A stretch of 56,320 nucleotides of DNA from positions 1-56,320 of IMG/VR virus record IMGVR_UViG_3300001533_000425. One strand, written 5' to 3'. This DNA comes from a virus. Lineage: Duplodnaviria; Caudoviricetes. The position numbers and the translations under genes are program-made. Shown here one piece after another: positions 9,651-18,039 of the stretch (the stretch's first letter is position 1; each line of letters begins with the position of its first letter). The notes under the pieces were generated by a model. That model saw nothing but the letters and a program-made list of their open reading frames with translations. It did not search any database and was not told the origin of the DNA.

Positions 9651-10285
9651 TATTTATTCTCATTTTGAATATAGTATTTTCCTTCTTTGACATCGATTTT
9701 TCCATCATCAGTTAATATGTTAATACACTTTTTAATATCTTCTTTAGATACTGATGACTTTATTGCAATACCTGTAATAAGAGCTTCTTCATCAACACCA
9801 TTTGCTACTCCAGGTGCATCTGATAATTCATTAATTGTTTTAAGAACTTTATCATAATTATTTGGTTTATTAGATGTGGAAGAAGATGAGGAAGATGAAC
9901 TTCCTTCATCAACTCGACCAAGAAATCGAATATCATAATCGTATTGCCCTACTTGGTCAACATACCATTTAGTACCTACTAAGGTATTAGGTGTTAGTCC
10001 TTCTTCTTTCCACTTTCCAATAAATGTTCTCAAGAGAGGACTTTTTGGTCCACCAAGAGATAAGATAACTTTTTCTCCGTTATCTCTTTCACATTTTACT
10101 TCATTTTTTGTCCAGTCTTTGTCCCATACTCGACCAGCAAGATCTTCATCTCCTGGTTCGCATACGTTGTGTCCAGTAAGGAATGTTACCTTAACTGGAT
10201 CCATATCCTGCTTCATTATTAGGTACTGAGACGGAGACATGCTTTGAATCTCGTCCCAAGTACCAGAGTCTACTACTTCTGGCAT
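9650..10285 (-). CDS. Putative ssDNA-binding protein with Ser linker and C-terminal winged helix
   Basis: Beta-rich N-domain, poly-Ser linker, RPA32-like wHTH end (KCINILTDDGKI); position in replication cluster. Confidence 0.45.
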   Translation of the reverse strand: MPEVVDSGTWDEIQSMSPSQYLIMKQDMDPVKVTFLTGHNVCEPGDEDLAGRVWDKDWTKNEVKCERDNGEKVILSLGGPKSPLLRTFIGKWKEEGLTPNTLVGTKWYVDQVGQYDYDIRFLGRVDEGSSSSSSSSTSNKPNNYDKVLKTINELSDAPGVANGVDEEALITGIAIKSSVSKEDIKKCINILTDDGKIDVKEGKYYIQNENK

Positions 10286-10304
10286 TTTCTTTTTCTCCTT
10301 TTAT

Positions 10305-10733
10305 TTATTTTTTCCAATATTTTTGATTACTCCAATTGAGGACTTTATTATATAAAGAATAGAATTTTTGTTCATCTATGTCATATTTATTTACAATGTC
10401 ATATGGATTAAATTCTATATTATAGAAGTTTAAAACTGTACTAGCAATTGCTGCTGATAATTGGTCATTAGTATACGGTCCACTTTTCTTACCAGAACAA
10501 CGTATAATATACTGATTGCATATTCTTTTAGTATCTTCTACTAAAATAGGATCTTTTATATAATCTTTTAATATTCTTATTGAGAAATCTATAATGTCTT
10601 CTACTTTTTCTCTTTTTGCTAATTCAGTATTTATCCATTTTAATCTTGTTAAATATATACCTTTTAAATAATTGAGTTCATTTGTTTTTAGATTTTTATA
10701 TCTATTTAACTCGTCAGTACGTCCAGTCTTCAT
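10305..10733 (-). CDS. Putative TFIIB-like cyclin-fold protein
   Basis: LSAAIA...NPYDIVNKYDIDEQKFYSLYNKV resembles a TFB core repeat. Confidence 0.4.
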   Translation of the reverse strand: MKTGRTDELNRYKNLKTNELNYLKGIYLTRLKWINTELAKREKVEDIIDFSIRILKDYIKDPILVEDTKRICNQYIIRCSGKKSGPYTNDQLSAAIASTVLNFYNIEFNPYDIVNKYDIDEQKFYSLYNKVLNWSNQKYWKK

Positions 10734-11187
10734 AGATTTCCTTCCTTGTCTTATTTGTATCCCATTTTATATTTAGATTATTTCTGTCTTCAATGTCTTC
10801 ATCTTTTTCAAAGTATACGTATTCTATTTCTTGATTTTCAGAAAAGTATCTATTATCATATACTATACCTGTAGAACTATCAAAGAATGTATCTTTATCA
10901 AATGTTGTTGTTGTGCCTTGATTTAATTTAAGTCTTGTATCTATGTCTTCATCTAACATCTTCTTTTGTCTTTGTAAGTTACGATATTCTCTATATATAT
11001 CTTTATCATTTAGATTACCAGACATTCTTATGTTTGCTAATTCTTTTCCAATTCTGTGAGAAGAATATATAAGTTCATTTAATGTATGATGAGATATATG
11101 ACCGTCCCATTTCGTGTTTTTATTGTAACTGCTTGTTCTTATTTCATTTGTCATTGTATTCCCTTTCTTCTTATTTGTTGTCCTCAA
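10714..11187 (-). CDS. Hypothetical protein
   Basis: ORF directly downstream of a consensus promoter. Confidence 0.6.
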   Translation of the reverse strand: MRTTNKKKGNTMTNEIRTSSYNKNTKWDGHISHHTLNELIYSSHRIGKELANIRMSGNLNDKDIYREYRNLQRQKKMLDEDIDTRLKLNQGTTTTFDKDTFFDSSTGIVYDNRYFSENQEIEYVYFEKDEDIEDRNNLNIKWDTNKTRKEIYEDWTY

Positions 11188-11208
11188 TAGTATATAACGG
11201 GGGTATCT

Positions 11209-11225
11209 CTTTATAAACCTTTCGG
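11209..11225 (-). promoter_or_regulatory. Archaeal BRE-TATA promoter for the replication operon
   Basis: Minus strand CCGAAAGG-TTTATAAA about 22 nt upstream of TTG 11187. Confidence 0.75.
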
Positions 11226-11404
11226 TAAGAATATATTATTTTATATATATAATTTGTTTTTCAGATTAGTTTATACTCTTTTAATAATATATGACCACAT
11301 TCACATTTATATTCTCTTCCTTTTTCAAGAGGAATATCTAACATATTATGTCTTTTACCACATTTCTTACATATAATTGTTATCATTTTTTTCTCCTTTG
11401 TTTA

Positions 11405-11496
11405 CGGGCCCGAGAGGATTTGAACCTCTATTTTCATCATTACTCCATTCAAAATTACTCACATGCACTTCATAAAGAATTTTTCCTTACAGGCCC
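11405..11496 (-). ncRNA. tRNA-like element (acceptor stem and T arm, no canonical anticodon arm)
   Basis: GGGCCTG/CGGGCCC and AGAGG-TTCAAAT-CCTCT. Confidence 0.6.
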
Positions 11497-11702
11497 ATTA
11501 TTCTTTTTATATCATCCTTACGATTATTTAAATCACCGTAACTTATTATTTTTATATTTTTCTTTCCATATTTTTCTATGAAATCTTCAAGGTATCTTGG
11601 TTGCATTTCACCGAATACTCTATGTTTTTTAGATAGAGTAGAAGAGCCTCTTAATCCTATATCATAATAGAATTTTCCTTTTACACGTATTGTCAATCTC
11701 AT
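11487..11702 (-). CDS. Hypothetical protein
   Basis: ORF track, operon orientation. Confidence 0.5.
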   Translation of the reverse strand: MRLTIRVKGKFYYDIGLRGSSTLSKKHRVFGEMQPRYLEDFIEKYGKKNIKIISYGDLNNRKDDIKRIMGL

Positions 11703-11705
11703 ATA

Positions 11706-11930
11706 TTATTTCCTCATTTTTACTACTACTTTTTTCTTTGAATGTTTTGGTGGTTTTGTCTTTTTTACATTGGATATAGTTATAATATAACTAATAATGA
11801 AAAATACAAATATAGGAACAGGAATGAATAATATAAATAATCCTTCAAGAATAGCAATAATAGTATACAGCGTAATTAGAAACAGAAACATTAATACAAC
11901 AAATTTACTATTCTCCATTATATTGAACAT
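11706..11930 (-). CDS. Small membrane protein
   Basis: Two TM segments, basic tail. Confidence 0.55.
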   Translation of the reverse strand: MFNIMENSKFVVLMFLFLITLYTIIAILEGLFILFIPVPIFVFFIISYIITISNVKKTKPPKHSKKKVVVKMRK

Positions 11931-12337
11931 ACTAATCCATATTCCTTTATTACTTCAAGTATTCTTTCTAATAACTCATCATAGTTATGTTCATTATTGT
12001 AATAATTTCCTTTCTCTTCTGTTAAATCATCATATATATTTGTGATTATATCTTGTAACTGTTCTTTACAATCTGGGCAAATATTCCATGATTGTTTATT
12101 TTCTAATGTACAATGTCCTATACCAAGTTCAATCATAGATTTCTTTTCTTCATTATTACTATTGTAATTTTTGTCCTTATATCTATCAATTCCTAAATAC
12201 ATATGATAACTACAATAACTACATAAGTCCTTTCCACAAAAATAACATTTATACTCTGCTACTTTATCTTCATCACAAAAGTCACAAACATTAACTATTT
12301 TCTCAATATTATACACCCCCTGTATGTTACTATTCAT
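11918..12337 (-). CDS. Zinc-finger protein
   Basis: Four CxxC pairs. Confidence 0.6.
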   Translation of the reverse strand: MNSNIQGVYNIEKIVNVCDFCDEDKVAEYKCYFCGKDLCSYCSYHMYLGIDRYKDKNYNSNNEEKKSMIELGIGHCTLENKQSWNICPDCKEQLQDIITNIYDDLTEEKGNYYNNEHNYDELLERILEVIKEYGLVCSI

Positions 12338-12447
12338 ATTTAACGAAACTTCATATACAGTGGTTTTTGTTTTTTACCCTGCACATATAGTAAAATATAG
12401 GCAAAATTGTTCTATATATAGACACTGTTAAGTTTCTCTTTAAGTTG

Positions 12448-12708
12448 CTATATGCATAATGCAATGACATCAAGGTAATTTATTTTCTTCATTTCCCAAA
12501 TACCAGTCATTTTAAATGCTTCAATTCTTATAGGATAATCAGGAGTAATAACATCATTTGGTTCTCTCACAACTATTACTGAAAGTGGCTCTATACTGGT
12601 AACTTGAAGTATACGATATCTTCTATCTTTAGAATCTTTTTTTCTATGTAAAATATAGTCACCAATTTGTGGTTCAAATCCTAATCGACTAATAGTAATT
12701 TGATTCAT
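12448..12708 (-). CDS. Small beta-barrel-like protein (IGD family)
   Basis: QIGDYIL; hydrophobic C-terminus DVIALCI. Confidence 0.55.
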   Translation of the reverse strand: MNQITISRLGFEPQIGDYILHRKKDSKDRRYRILQVTSIEPLSVIVVREPNDVITPDYPIRIEAFKMTGIWEMKKINYLDVIALCI

Positions 12709-12980
12709 AGTAATTCAGCAACTGCTTTTGGTTCTTCTATTTCTTGGAACATATAACTATCTTCTTCTCTTAGTTCAGTATCTGAGTAAACTGCATATTC
12801 ATATTCTTTATTTTCTGGAACAATCCATTTTATTAAGACTACGTTATTATCAAGGTATATAACTCTACCAATCGTATCATCTTCTAAATCTTTTACATAC
12901 ATTTTATCTCTGAAATCATGTAGTCCGTCAAATACTTCTACTTCTTCAATCTTTTCTACTGTTTTATTTATGGTCTTCAT
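12705..12980 (-). CDS. Hypothetical protein
   Basis: ORF track; ends KAVAELL. Confidence 0.6.
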   Translation of the reverse strand: MKTINKTVEKIEEVEVFDGLHDFRDKMYVKDLEDDTIGRVIYLDNNVVLIKWIVPENKEYEYAVYSDTELREEDSYMFQEIEEPKAVAELL

Positions 12981-13218
12981 AACTTATCACAACTCGTTTT
13001 TTGTATTTTTTACTATATAAGAGTTTTTTCAAGCTTCCAAGTGATTGTTCTAAGACATCTTCAAAAGTTTCTTTTCTTAAATAACAATATATACCTTTCA
13101 TACTTTTTAAATAATTTCGTTCATTAAAACAGTAATCACAATAACCACCATTATCTTCATATTCTTCTTCTGATATTCTACAACCACAATCCTTACACTT
13201 ATAATAATTTAACTCCAT
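12964..13218 (-). CDS. Zinc-finger protein
   Basis: CKDC...CDYC. Confidence 0.55.
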   Translation of the reverse strand: MELNYYKCKDCGCRISEEEYEDNGGYCDYCFNERNYLKSMKGIYCYLRKETFEDVLEQSLGSLKKLLYSKKYKKRVVISYEDHK

Positions 13219-13807
13219 GTTCGTTCACAATTCCCTTTTTTATTAATCCATAATATTTAAGTAATGAATTAGTAGATACAGGTTTATAGTCCCATACATC
13301 ACATGATAAATTTATTATTGGTGTATTTGGATGTTTCCTATATATTTTGTGTTTCCATTTATCATGAACATGCCCACAAATACAAAAATCACAATTAGGA
13401 ATATCTTCTGGTGGATGGTGTTGTGCATATACTGATTTGCTACCAAAATACATCATACCCTTAATAAGATATGTTTTTATTTTATTATTTGAATCATGAT
13501 TCCCTTGAAAGACAATTATATTACCATTCAATTCATCAATCAATTTTTTATAATCATTACTATTAATATATCCAAAATCACCAAGATGATAAACAACATC
13601 TTCTGGATTAACTACACTATTCCAATTTTTAATTAGAACTTCATTCATCCACTCTGCTCTTTTTTGTTTTATATCATCATTAATCCATGGTCTATTTGCA
13701 ATATCACCTTCTCCAATAAAATCTCCATCTTTATAAAACGGTCTATTACAATATTTTATTATATTTGCATGTGAGAAATGAGTATCAGATGTAAAGTATA
13801 CTTTCAT
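13199..13807 (-). CDS. Calcineurin-like metallophosphoesterase
   Basis: SDTHFSH, HLGD, GNHD, QHHP and GHVH motifs. Confidence 0.9.
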   Translation of the reverse strand: MKVYFTSDTHFSHANIIKYCNRPFYKDGDFIGEGDIANRPWINDDIKQKRAEWMNEVLIKNWNSVVNPEDVVYHLGDFGYINSNDYKKLIDELNGNIIVFQGNHDSNNKIKTYLIKGMMYFGSKSVYAQHHPPEDIPNCDFCICGHVHDKWKHKIYRKHPNTPIINLSCDVWDYKPVSTNSLLKYYGLIKKGIVNEHGVKLL

Positions 13808-13814
13808 ATTATCA

Positions 13815-14168
13815 CTAATCCGGCATATCGACTGTTGAATTATCCCAGTCTTTTACTGTTTCTTTCCATAAATTTCTATAATCTTCAAATCCATATTTAT
13901 CTTTATAATAATCAAGGAGTGGCTCTATTGCATTTAGATATTTGATGTGTCCAGAATATATAGTATCTTTATCTTGAATTTCATTCCATTCATTTGCTAA
14001 TTTTCTATATACTATTAAGCAAAATTCTTTTTCTGTTATATCTACGATAGTTCCATATAAGTCTTTGTTCATTAATGAATAACAAGTGCCTTTATCTTTT
14101 CCACCATAAAACCTTTTGAAATAAATACTTACATCTTCATCATCATAATTAATTAGTTCTGTTCCCAT
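13815..14168 (-). CDS. Hypothetical protein, paralog of 30828-30989
   Basis: MGTE...KRFYGGKDKG shared with the paralog. Confidence 0.6.
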   Translation of the reverse strand: MGTELINYDDEDVSIYFKRFYGGKDKGTCYSLMNKDLYGTIVDITEKEFCLIVYRKLANEWNEIQDKDTIYSGHIKYLNAIEPLLDYYKDKYGFEDYRNLWKETVKDWDNSTVDMPD

Positions 14169-14575
14169 TCATCATCACTCCATTTTCCTACTCTTTCACC
14201 CCATGTTATAATATAAGCATATACATCTGCATTATAGAATTTATTATTATATCTTATTTTTTCACTTACATCATCCATATTATTAATCTTGAATAATGCT
14301 GATGCAACAGCAGGACTTCTTGATAGACCAGCATCACAGCCAATTAAGATTAAATCATATTTATATACATCAACTTTCCATATTTCTTCACAATCCTTAT
14401 CAGATATAAATCTATCTTCACCTTGTCTAACATCATCAAATTTAAGATGTAATGCAGGGAAATCATATTTATATTTAGATTGTGATATAAAGATTGTTAA
14501 TATCTTATCATCATGTTTAGTTAATTCATCATATTGACTAATTATTTCATGTATTGGTTTAATTATAAATCTCAT
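14153..14575 (-). CDS. Cys-dependent (CX5R) phosphatase
   Basis: GCDAGLSRS P-loop; LKFDD acid loop. Confidence 0.8.
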   Translation of the reverse strand: MRFIIKPIHEIISQYDELTKHDDKILTIFISQSKYKYDFPALHLKFDDVRQGEDRFISDKDCEEIWKVDVYKYDLILIGCDAGLSRSPAVASALFKINNMDDVSEKIRYNNKFYNADVYAYIITWGERVGKWSDDEWEQN

Positions 14576-14751
14576 AGATTCTGCACCTTTATCCTTACTA
14601 ATTCTCCATTTGAATCTTTATGCAATACTATTCTCATATCTTCTCCTAAAACATTTTTTCCTATTTCCATTGTTTCTGATTTAACTTCTTCGTGTCCATG
14701 GTCAAATTTAATAATAACAGCGTGTTCTCTTATATCTATATCTCTATTCAT
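14572..14751 (-). CDS. Hypothetical protein (59 aa, below ORF-track cutoff)
   Basis: Manual translation MNRDIDIREHAVIIKFDHG...KVQNL; fills the gap, overlapping both neighbours. Confidence 0.5.
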   Translation of the reverse strand: MNRDIDIREHAVIIKFDHGHEEVKSETMEIGKNVLGEDMRIVLHKDSNGELVRIKVQNL

Positions 14752-15025
14752 TTTTATTATCTCTATTTTTATTTAATGGTTTATAATTATCATCCATATT
14801 ATCTGTATGTTCTTTGAATAATCTAGAACACCATTCACATTTTTCGCCACTATTTCCATCTAAATATTTGCAACCGTAGCATCTATGGGTTTTATCTTTT
14901 CTTGGGTCATATTTATTGTGGATTATATTATATTGATGGTATAGTCTTAATGAACAGTTATCGTGTCTTATTAAATCCCTTAGTCTTTTTTGATGCCATT
15001 CTTTTCTTTCTTCATCATTCATCAT
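14744..15025 (-). CDS. Zinc-finger protein
   Basis: CYGC...CEWC. Confidence 0.55.
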   Translation of the reverse strand: MMNDEERKEWHQKRLRDLIRHDNCSLRLYHQYNIIHNKYDPRKDKTHRCYGCKYLDGNSGEKCEWCSRLFKEHTDNMDDNYKPLNKNRDNKNE

Positions 15026-15188
15026 CTAATACCTCATACATTTTTTTACCTTTTTCATTCCTACTAAATGATATCCTAGGCCAGTATGGACTGTAATCTA
15101 ATCCAGTTTTACCACACTTACAGAACTTCATATCATGAATATCATTATTCTCTATTACATCTCCACACCATAGACATTTAACTTTCAT
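15015..15188 (-). CDS. Small zinc-finger protein (start reassigned to MKVKC)
   Basis: CLWC...CKCG; the longer start would overlap tRNA-His. Confidence 0.6.
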   Translation of the reverse strand: MKVKCLWCGDVIENNDIHDMKFCKCGKTGLDYSPYWPRISFSRNEKGKKMYEVLDDE

Positions 15189-15204
15189 ATTGGTTTTCAC
15201 CGAG

Positions 15205-15277
15205 GGTAGGATATGAGATTCGAACTCATGTCTATGACACCACAAGCCATAATGTTAACCACTACACTAATCCCACC
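15205..15277 (-). tRNA. tRNA-His(GTG) with encoded G-1 and C73
   Basis: GTGGGAT/ATCCTAC, ATGGC-TTGTGGT-GTCAT, ATGAG-TTCGAAT-CTCAT. Confidence 0.9.
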
Positions 15278-15300
15278 ATTTTATATTTTTAATACACATA

Positions 15301-15603
15301 TTATATTCCATACGATACTGCTTCTGTATAAGATATTTTTTTAGTAGTAAAACTTTTATTGTTAGATGGTATCATCATATATGTGTATTTTCCTGGTTCT
15401 AATTTATATTCTTCATCTATATAACTCATATATTGAGAATCATATATTATATCTACTACCCACCAATTATCATATTTCTTCTCTAATAGTTTAACTATAA
15501 CAAATCCATTTCCTTTTTTACCTTTCTTGACATAATCTCCAACTTCATATTTTAGTGCAACTGAAATTTCACATTCCCCTTTCCTTTGAAGCACCATAGA
15601 CAT
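15301..15603 (-). CDS. Small beta-barrel-like protein (IGD family; start uncertain)
   Basis: KYEVGDYV; ends EAVSYGI. Confidence 0.5.
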   Translation of the reverse strand: MSMVLQRKGECEISVALKYEVGDYVKKGKKGNGFVIVKLLEKKYDNWWVVDIIYDSQYMSYIDEEYKLEPGKYTYMMIPSNNKSFTTKKISYTEAVSYGI

Positions 15604-16166
15604 TGTTCACATCCTATATCTTTTTCTTCTTTCATACATTTCTTAACATCTGGTAGTAGTATATTTATTCCTTTATTATAATGAATCTTTTGTCCAGTTT
15701 CATCATAGACAAATGCATATAAACCATTAATTGGAACTTCTTTCATATCGGTATCATCCCATATAGAATAATACAACACAAAATTATCTAAATCTTCAAA
15801 TTCAAAATTATATCTATATACTTGTGTATAGGCAAGAAAATTTGTATCAGGACATAATTTAATGATATTCATCCATTTATCAATATATTCTTGTGAATAA
15901 AAGTCACCTGATTCATGAATCCTAAAGTATTTTGGTTTATGTTTCATAATCCATTTAGATACTTGTCTAACAAAATCATTTGTTTTGCTTACTCTTAAAT
16001 TCCGTTCTCTTGATGGTAAGACATTAGGATAACTCTTTTCTGCTTTCTTTGCATAACAATACTTTTCGCAATGTGGAGTAGAACCAAAACAAGTTTTTCC
16101 TGCTGGTAGACTGAATGTTGGTATATTCATTCGTCTATTTCCATTACTTATATATATTTCTTCCAT
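15552..16166 (-). CDS. Gp88-like Cys-cluster protein (radical-SAM-related)
   Basis: FSLPAGKTC...C...CYA and FRIHESGDF. Confidence 0.7.
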   Translation of the reverse strand: MEEIYISNGNRRMNIPTFSLPAGKTCFGSTPHCEKYCYAKKAEKSYPNVLPSRERNLRVSKTNDFVRQVSKWIMKHKPKYFRIHESGDFYSQEYIDKWMNIIKLCPDTNFLAYTQVYRYNFEFEDLDNFVLYYSIWDDTDMKEVPINGLYAFVYDETGQKIHYNKGINILLPDVKKCMKEEKDIGCEQCLWCFKGKGNVKFQLH

Positions 16167-16185
16167 TATATCAACTCTGTTTTTA

Positions 16186-16824
16186 TTATTCCAATAATTT
16201 TATTATTTCTAAGCATAATTCATTAGGAACTTTTGCTCTTTCAGTAGCATTTAATCTACCTTGAGTTCCAGTTCTACTTCCTCTTGGTGCTGATATATGA
16301 CAATTATCTCCATTTTTACACATTGGTTTTGATTTCCATTGATAGCAGTTATTCCATATATCTGTTGGTTTCATTCGTTCATCACCATATTGACAATAAG
16401 TAACTGAATTTTTATTTATACTTTTCATCATAGATAGTTTACGCATTATACCTCTTGGATTTTCTATGAACCAATATTCAGGCTCTAATAAATCAATTAA
16501 TCTAAATGTGTCATATATATTATTAATAGATTTCTTTGCTTGTGTAGTTAATGGAATGTATCTAAATTCATAATCAATTGAAATTCTCTTAAAATGACCT
16601 GCACTGAATGATGCAACACTGAAACATTGACAAGGTGGTGATGCCCATAGTATATCTGGTTTATGGAATTCTTTTGGTATATCATCTAATGTTAAATCTG
16701 ATATATCTATATGTAAGTCTACATCAAATTTTTTATTAAAATCAGTAGTCCAAGTATTATGTCCTCTTTTTTCTGCAACATTTGAAAATGATTTTGTTCC
16801 TGCAAATAATTCTATTATATTCAT
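16186..16824 (-). CDS. DNA cytosine-C5 methyltransferase
   Basis: ELFAG (motif I), ASPPCQ (catalytic PC), IENP (motif VI). Confidence 0.88.
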   Translation of the reverse strand: MNIIELFAGTKSFSNVAEKRGHNTWTTDFNKKFDVDLHIDISDLTLDDIPKEFHKPDILWASPPCQCFSVASFSAGHFKRISIDYEFRYIPLTTQAKKSINNIYDTFRLIDLLEPEYWFIENPRGIMRKLSMMKSINKNSVTYCQYGDERMKPTDIWNNCYQWKSKPMCKNGDNCHISAPRGSRTGTQGRLNATERAKVPNELCLEIIKLLE

Positions 16825-16832
16825 TTAATTAC

Positions 16833-17132
16833 CTATAATATATGTGCTGTTATTTGTGCAATTATATCCTCATCTTTATCAAATAATATTAAACTTTGTT
16901 CATAATCAGTATACGAAATTAATTCAGAAACATCTGTGAGATTATCTAATTCCTTTTGTAATATATTTTCTATCTTTTTAAATTCATTATTTGATAGTTT
17001 CAATTTTAAAGTATATAAATCTCCAGCATCAGTATTTTCCATATTAATTATTTCATATACTGCCCATTCTGCTTCATCATCACTTTTTTTAATTACTTTA
17101 TAAAATAATACATCTCCAATTTCATATTTCAT
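16833..17132 (-). CDS. IGD-family protein, paralog of 17375-17644
   Basis: MKYEIGD...WAVYEI...LYTL...DIIAQIT shared. Confidence 0.7.
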   Translation of the reverse strand: MKYEIGDVLFYKVIKKSDDEAEWAVYEIINMENTDAGDLYTLKLKLSNNEFKKIENILQKELDNLTDVSELISYTDYEQSLILFDKDEDIIAQITAHIL

Positions 17133-17272
17133 AATGCATCTAACACCTTTTCATTATATATAATCTGATTTTTCATTTATAATTATACATAATTTATATG
17201 TTTCAAATCCATTTGCTGTATGACTATTTGATTCTAATACTTGTCCATCTATAAAATTAATATATTCATCAA
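17129..17272 (-). pseudogene. 5'-truncated paralog of 17641-18039
   Basis: Open frame ...FIDGQVL...GFETYK...YIYNEKVLDAL versus ...SLDGLEL...GVETVTYK...YVFNEKVVDAL; no start codon, begins just after tRNA-His. Confidence 0.6.
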
Positions 17273-17280
17273 TTCACCTA

Positions 17281-17354
17281 TGTAGAGTACGGGATTCGAA
17301 CCCGTTCCTATGGCTCCACAGACCATAATGCTAACCATTAACACTAACTCTACC
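17281..17354 (-). tRNA. tRNA-His(GTG), second divergent copy (G-1, A73)
   Basis: GTAGAGT/ACTCTAC, ATGGT-CTGTGGA-GCCAT, ACGGG-TTCGAAT-CCCGT. Confidence 0.88.
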
Positions 17355-17374
17355 ATCATATAACATTCTATATA

Positions 17375-17644
17375 CTACATTACATACGGTGTTATTTGTG
17401 CAATAATATCTGATTCTTTATCAAGTTCTATCATATTATTAATCTTTAATTCATAGTCAATTTCATCTGGTGTTAATGATTGGTCAGCAACCCATTCTCC
17501 TTTTCCAGATAATATTTTTTCTAATGTATATAGAGTAATTTCTTCATAGTCTATATCTGTTATCTCATATACAGCCCAGTAATCTGTATCTTTTTCTAAT
17601 CCTCTTATTTTATAAAAGAATATATCTCCTATTTTGTGTTTCAT
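17375..17644 (-). CDS. IGD-family protein
   Basis: MKHKIGD; paralog of 16833-17132. Confidence 0.7.
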   Translation of the reverse strand: MKHKIGDIFFYKIRGLEKDTDYWAVYEITDIDYEEITLYTLEKILSGKGEWVADQSLTPDEIDYELKINNMIELDKESDIIAQITPYVM

Positions 17645-18039
17645 AATGCATCAACTACCTTTTCATTAAATACATATTGAGCATCTTTAGTAAGATTTAT
17701 TTTATATGTAACAGTTTCTACTCCTGACACTCTAAGATTATCTACGCTAAGTTCAAGTCCATCTAATGAATCAAGCCATTGTTGTATTTTATCGTGTGGT
17801 CTAATAATATATATCTTAAAGTAACTACCATATTTAGATATGTTATGTTTTACTTTAAATCCATTTGATTCAAACATCTGTTTCTCTTTATCTGATACTG
17901 AATCTAATGTAAAAAACATAGAAAACCATATTTTATTATCGTAATTCCATACATTACTCCAGATTATCTTAGTATTCACTCCAGATAATCCATCAAAAGA
18001 TATTTGTAATTCTCCTATCTTTCTTCTTTCCATTGACAT
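17641..18039 (-). CDS. Hypothetical protein
   Basis: ORF track; ends EKVVDAL. Confidence 0.65.
   Translation of the reverse strand: MSMERRKIGELQISFDGLSGVNTKIIWSNVWNYDNKIWFSMFFTLDSVSDKEKQMFESNGFKVKHNISKYGSYFKIYIIRPHDKIQQWLDSLDGLELSVDNLRVSGVETVTYKINLTKDAQYVFNEKVVDAL

Noticed and set aside
15189-15245. N-terminal extension of ORF 15015-15245
   Set aside because: Overlaps tRNA-His on the same strand; MKVKC at 15188 is the more plausible start
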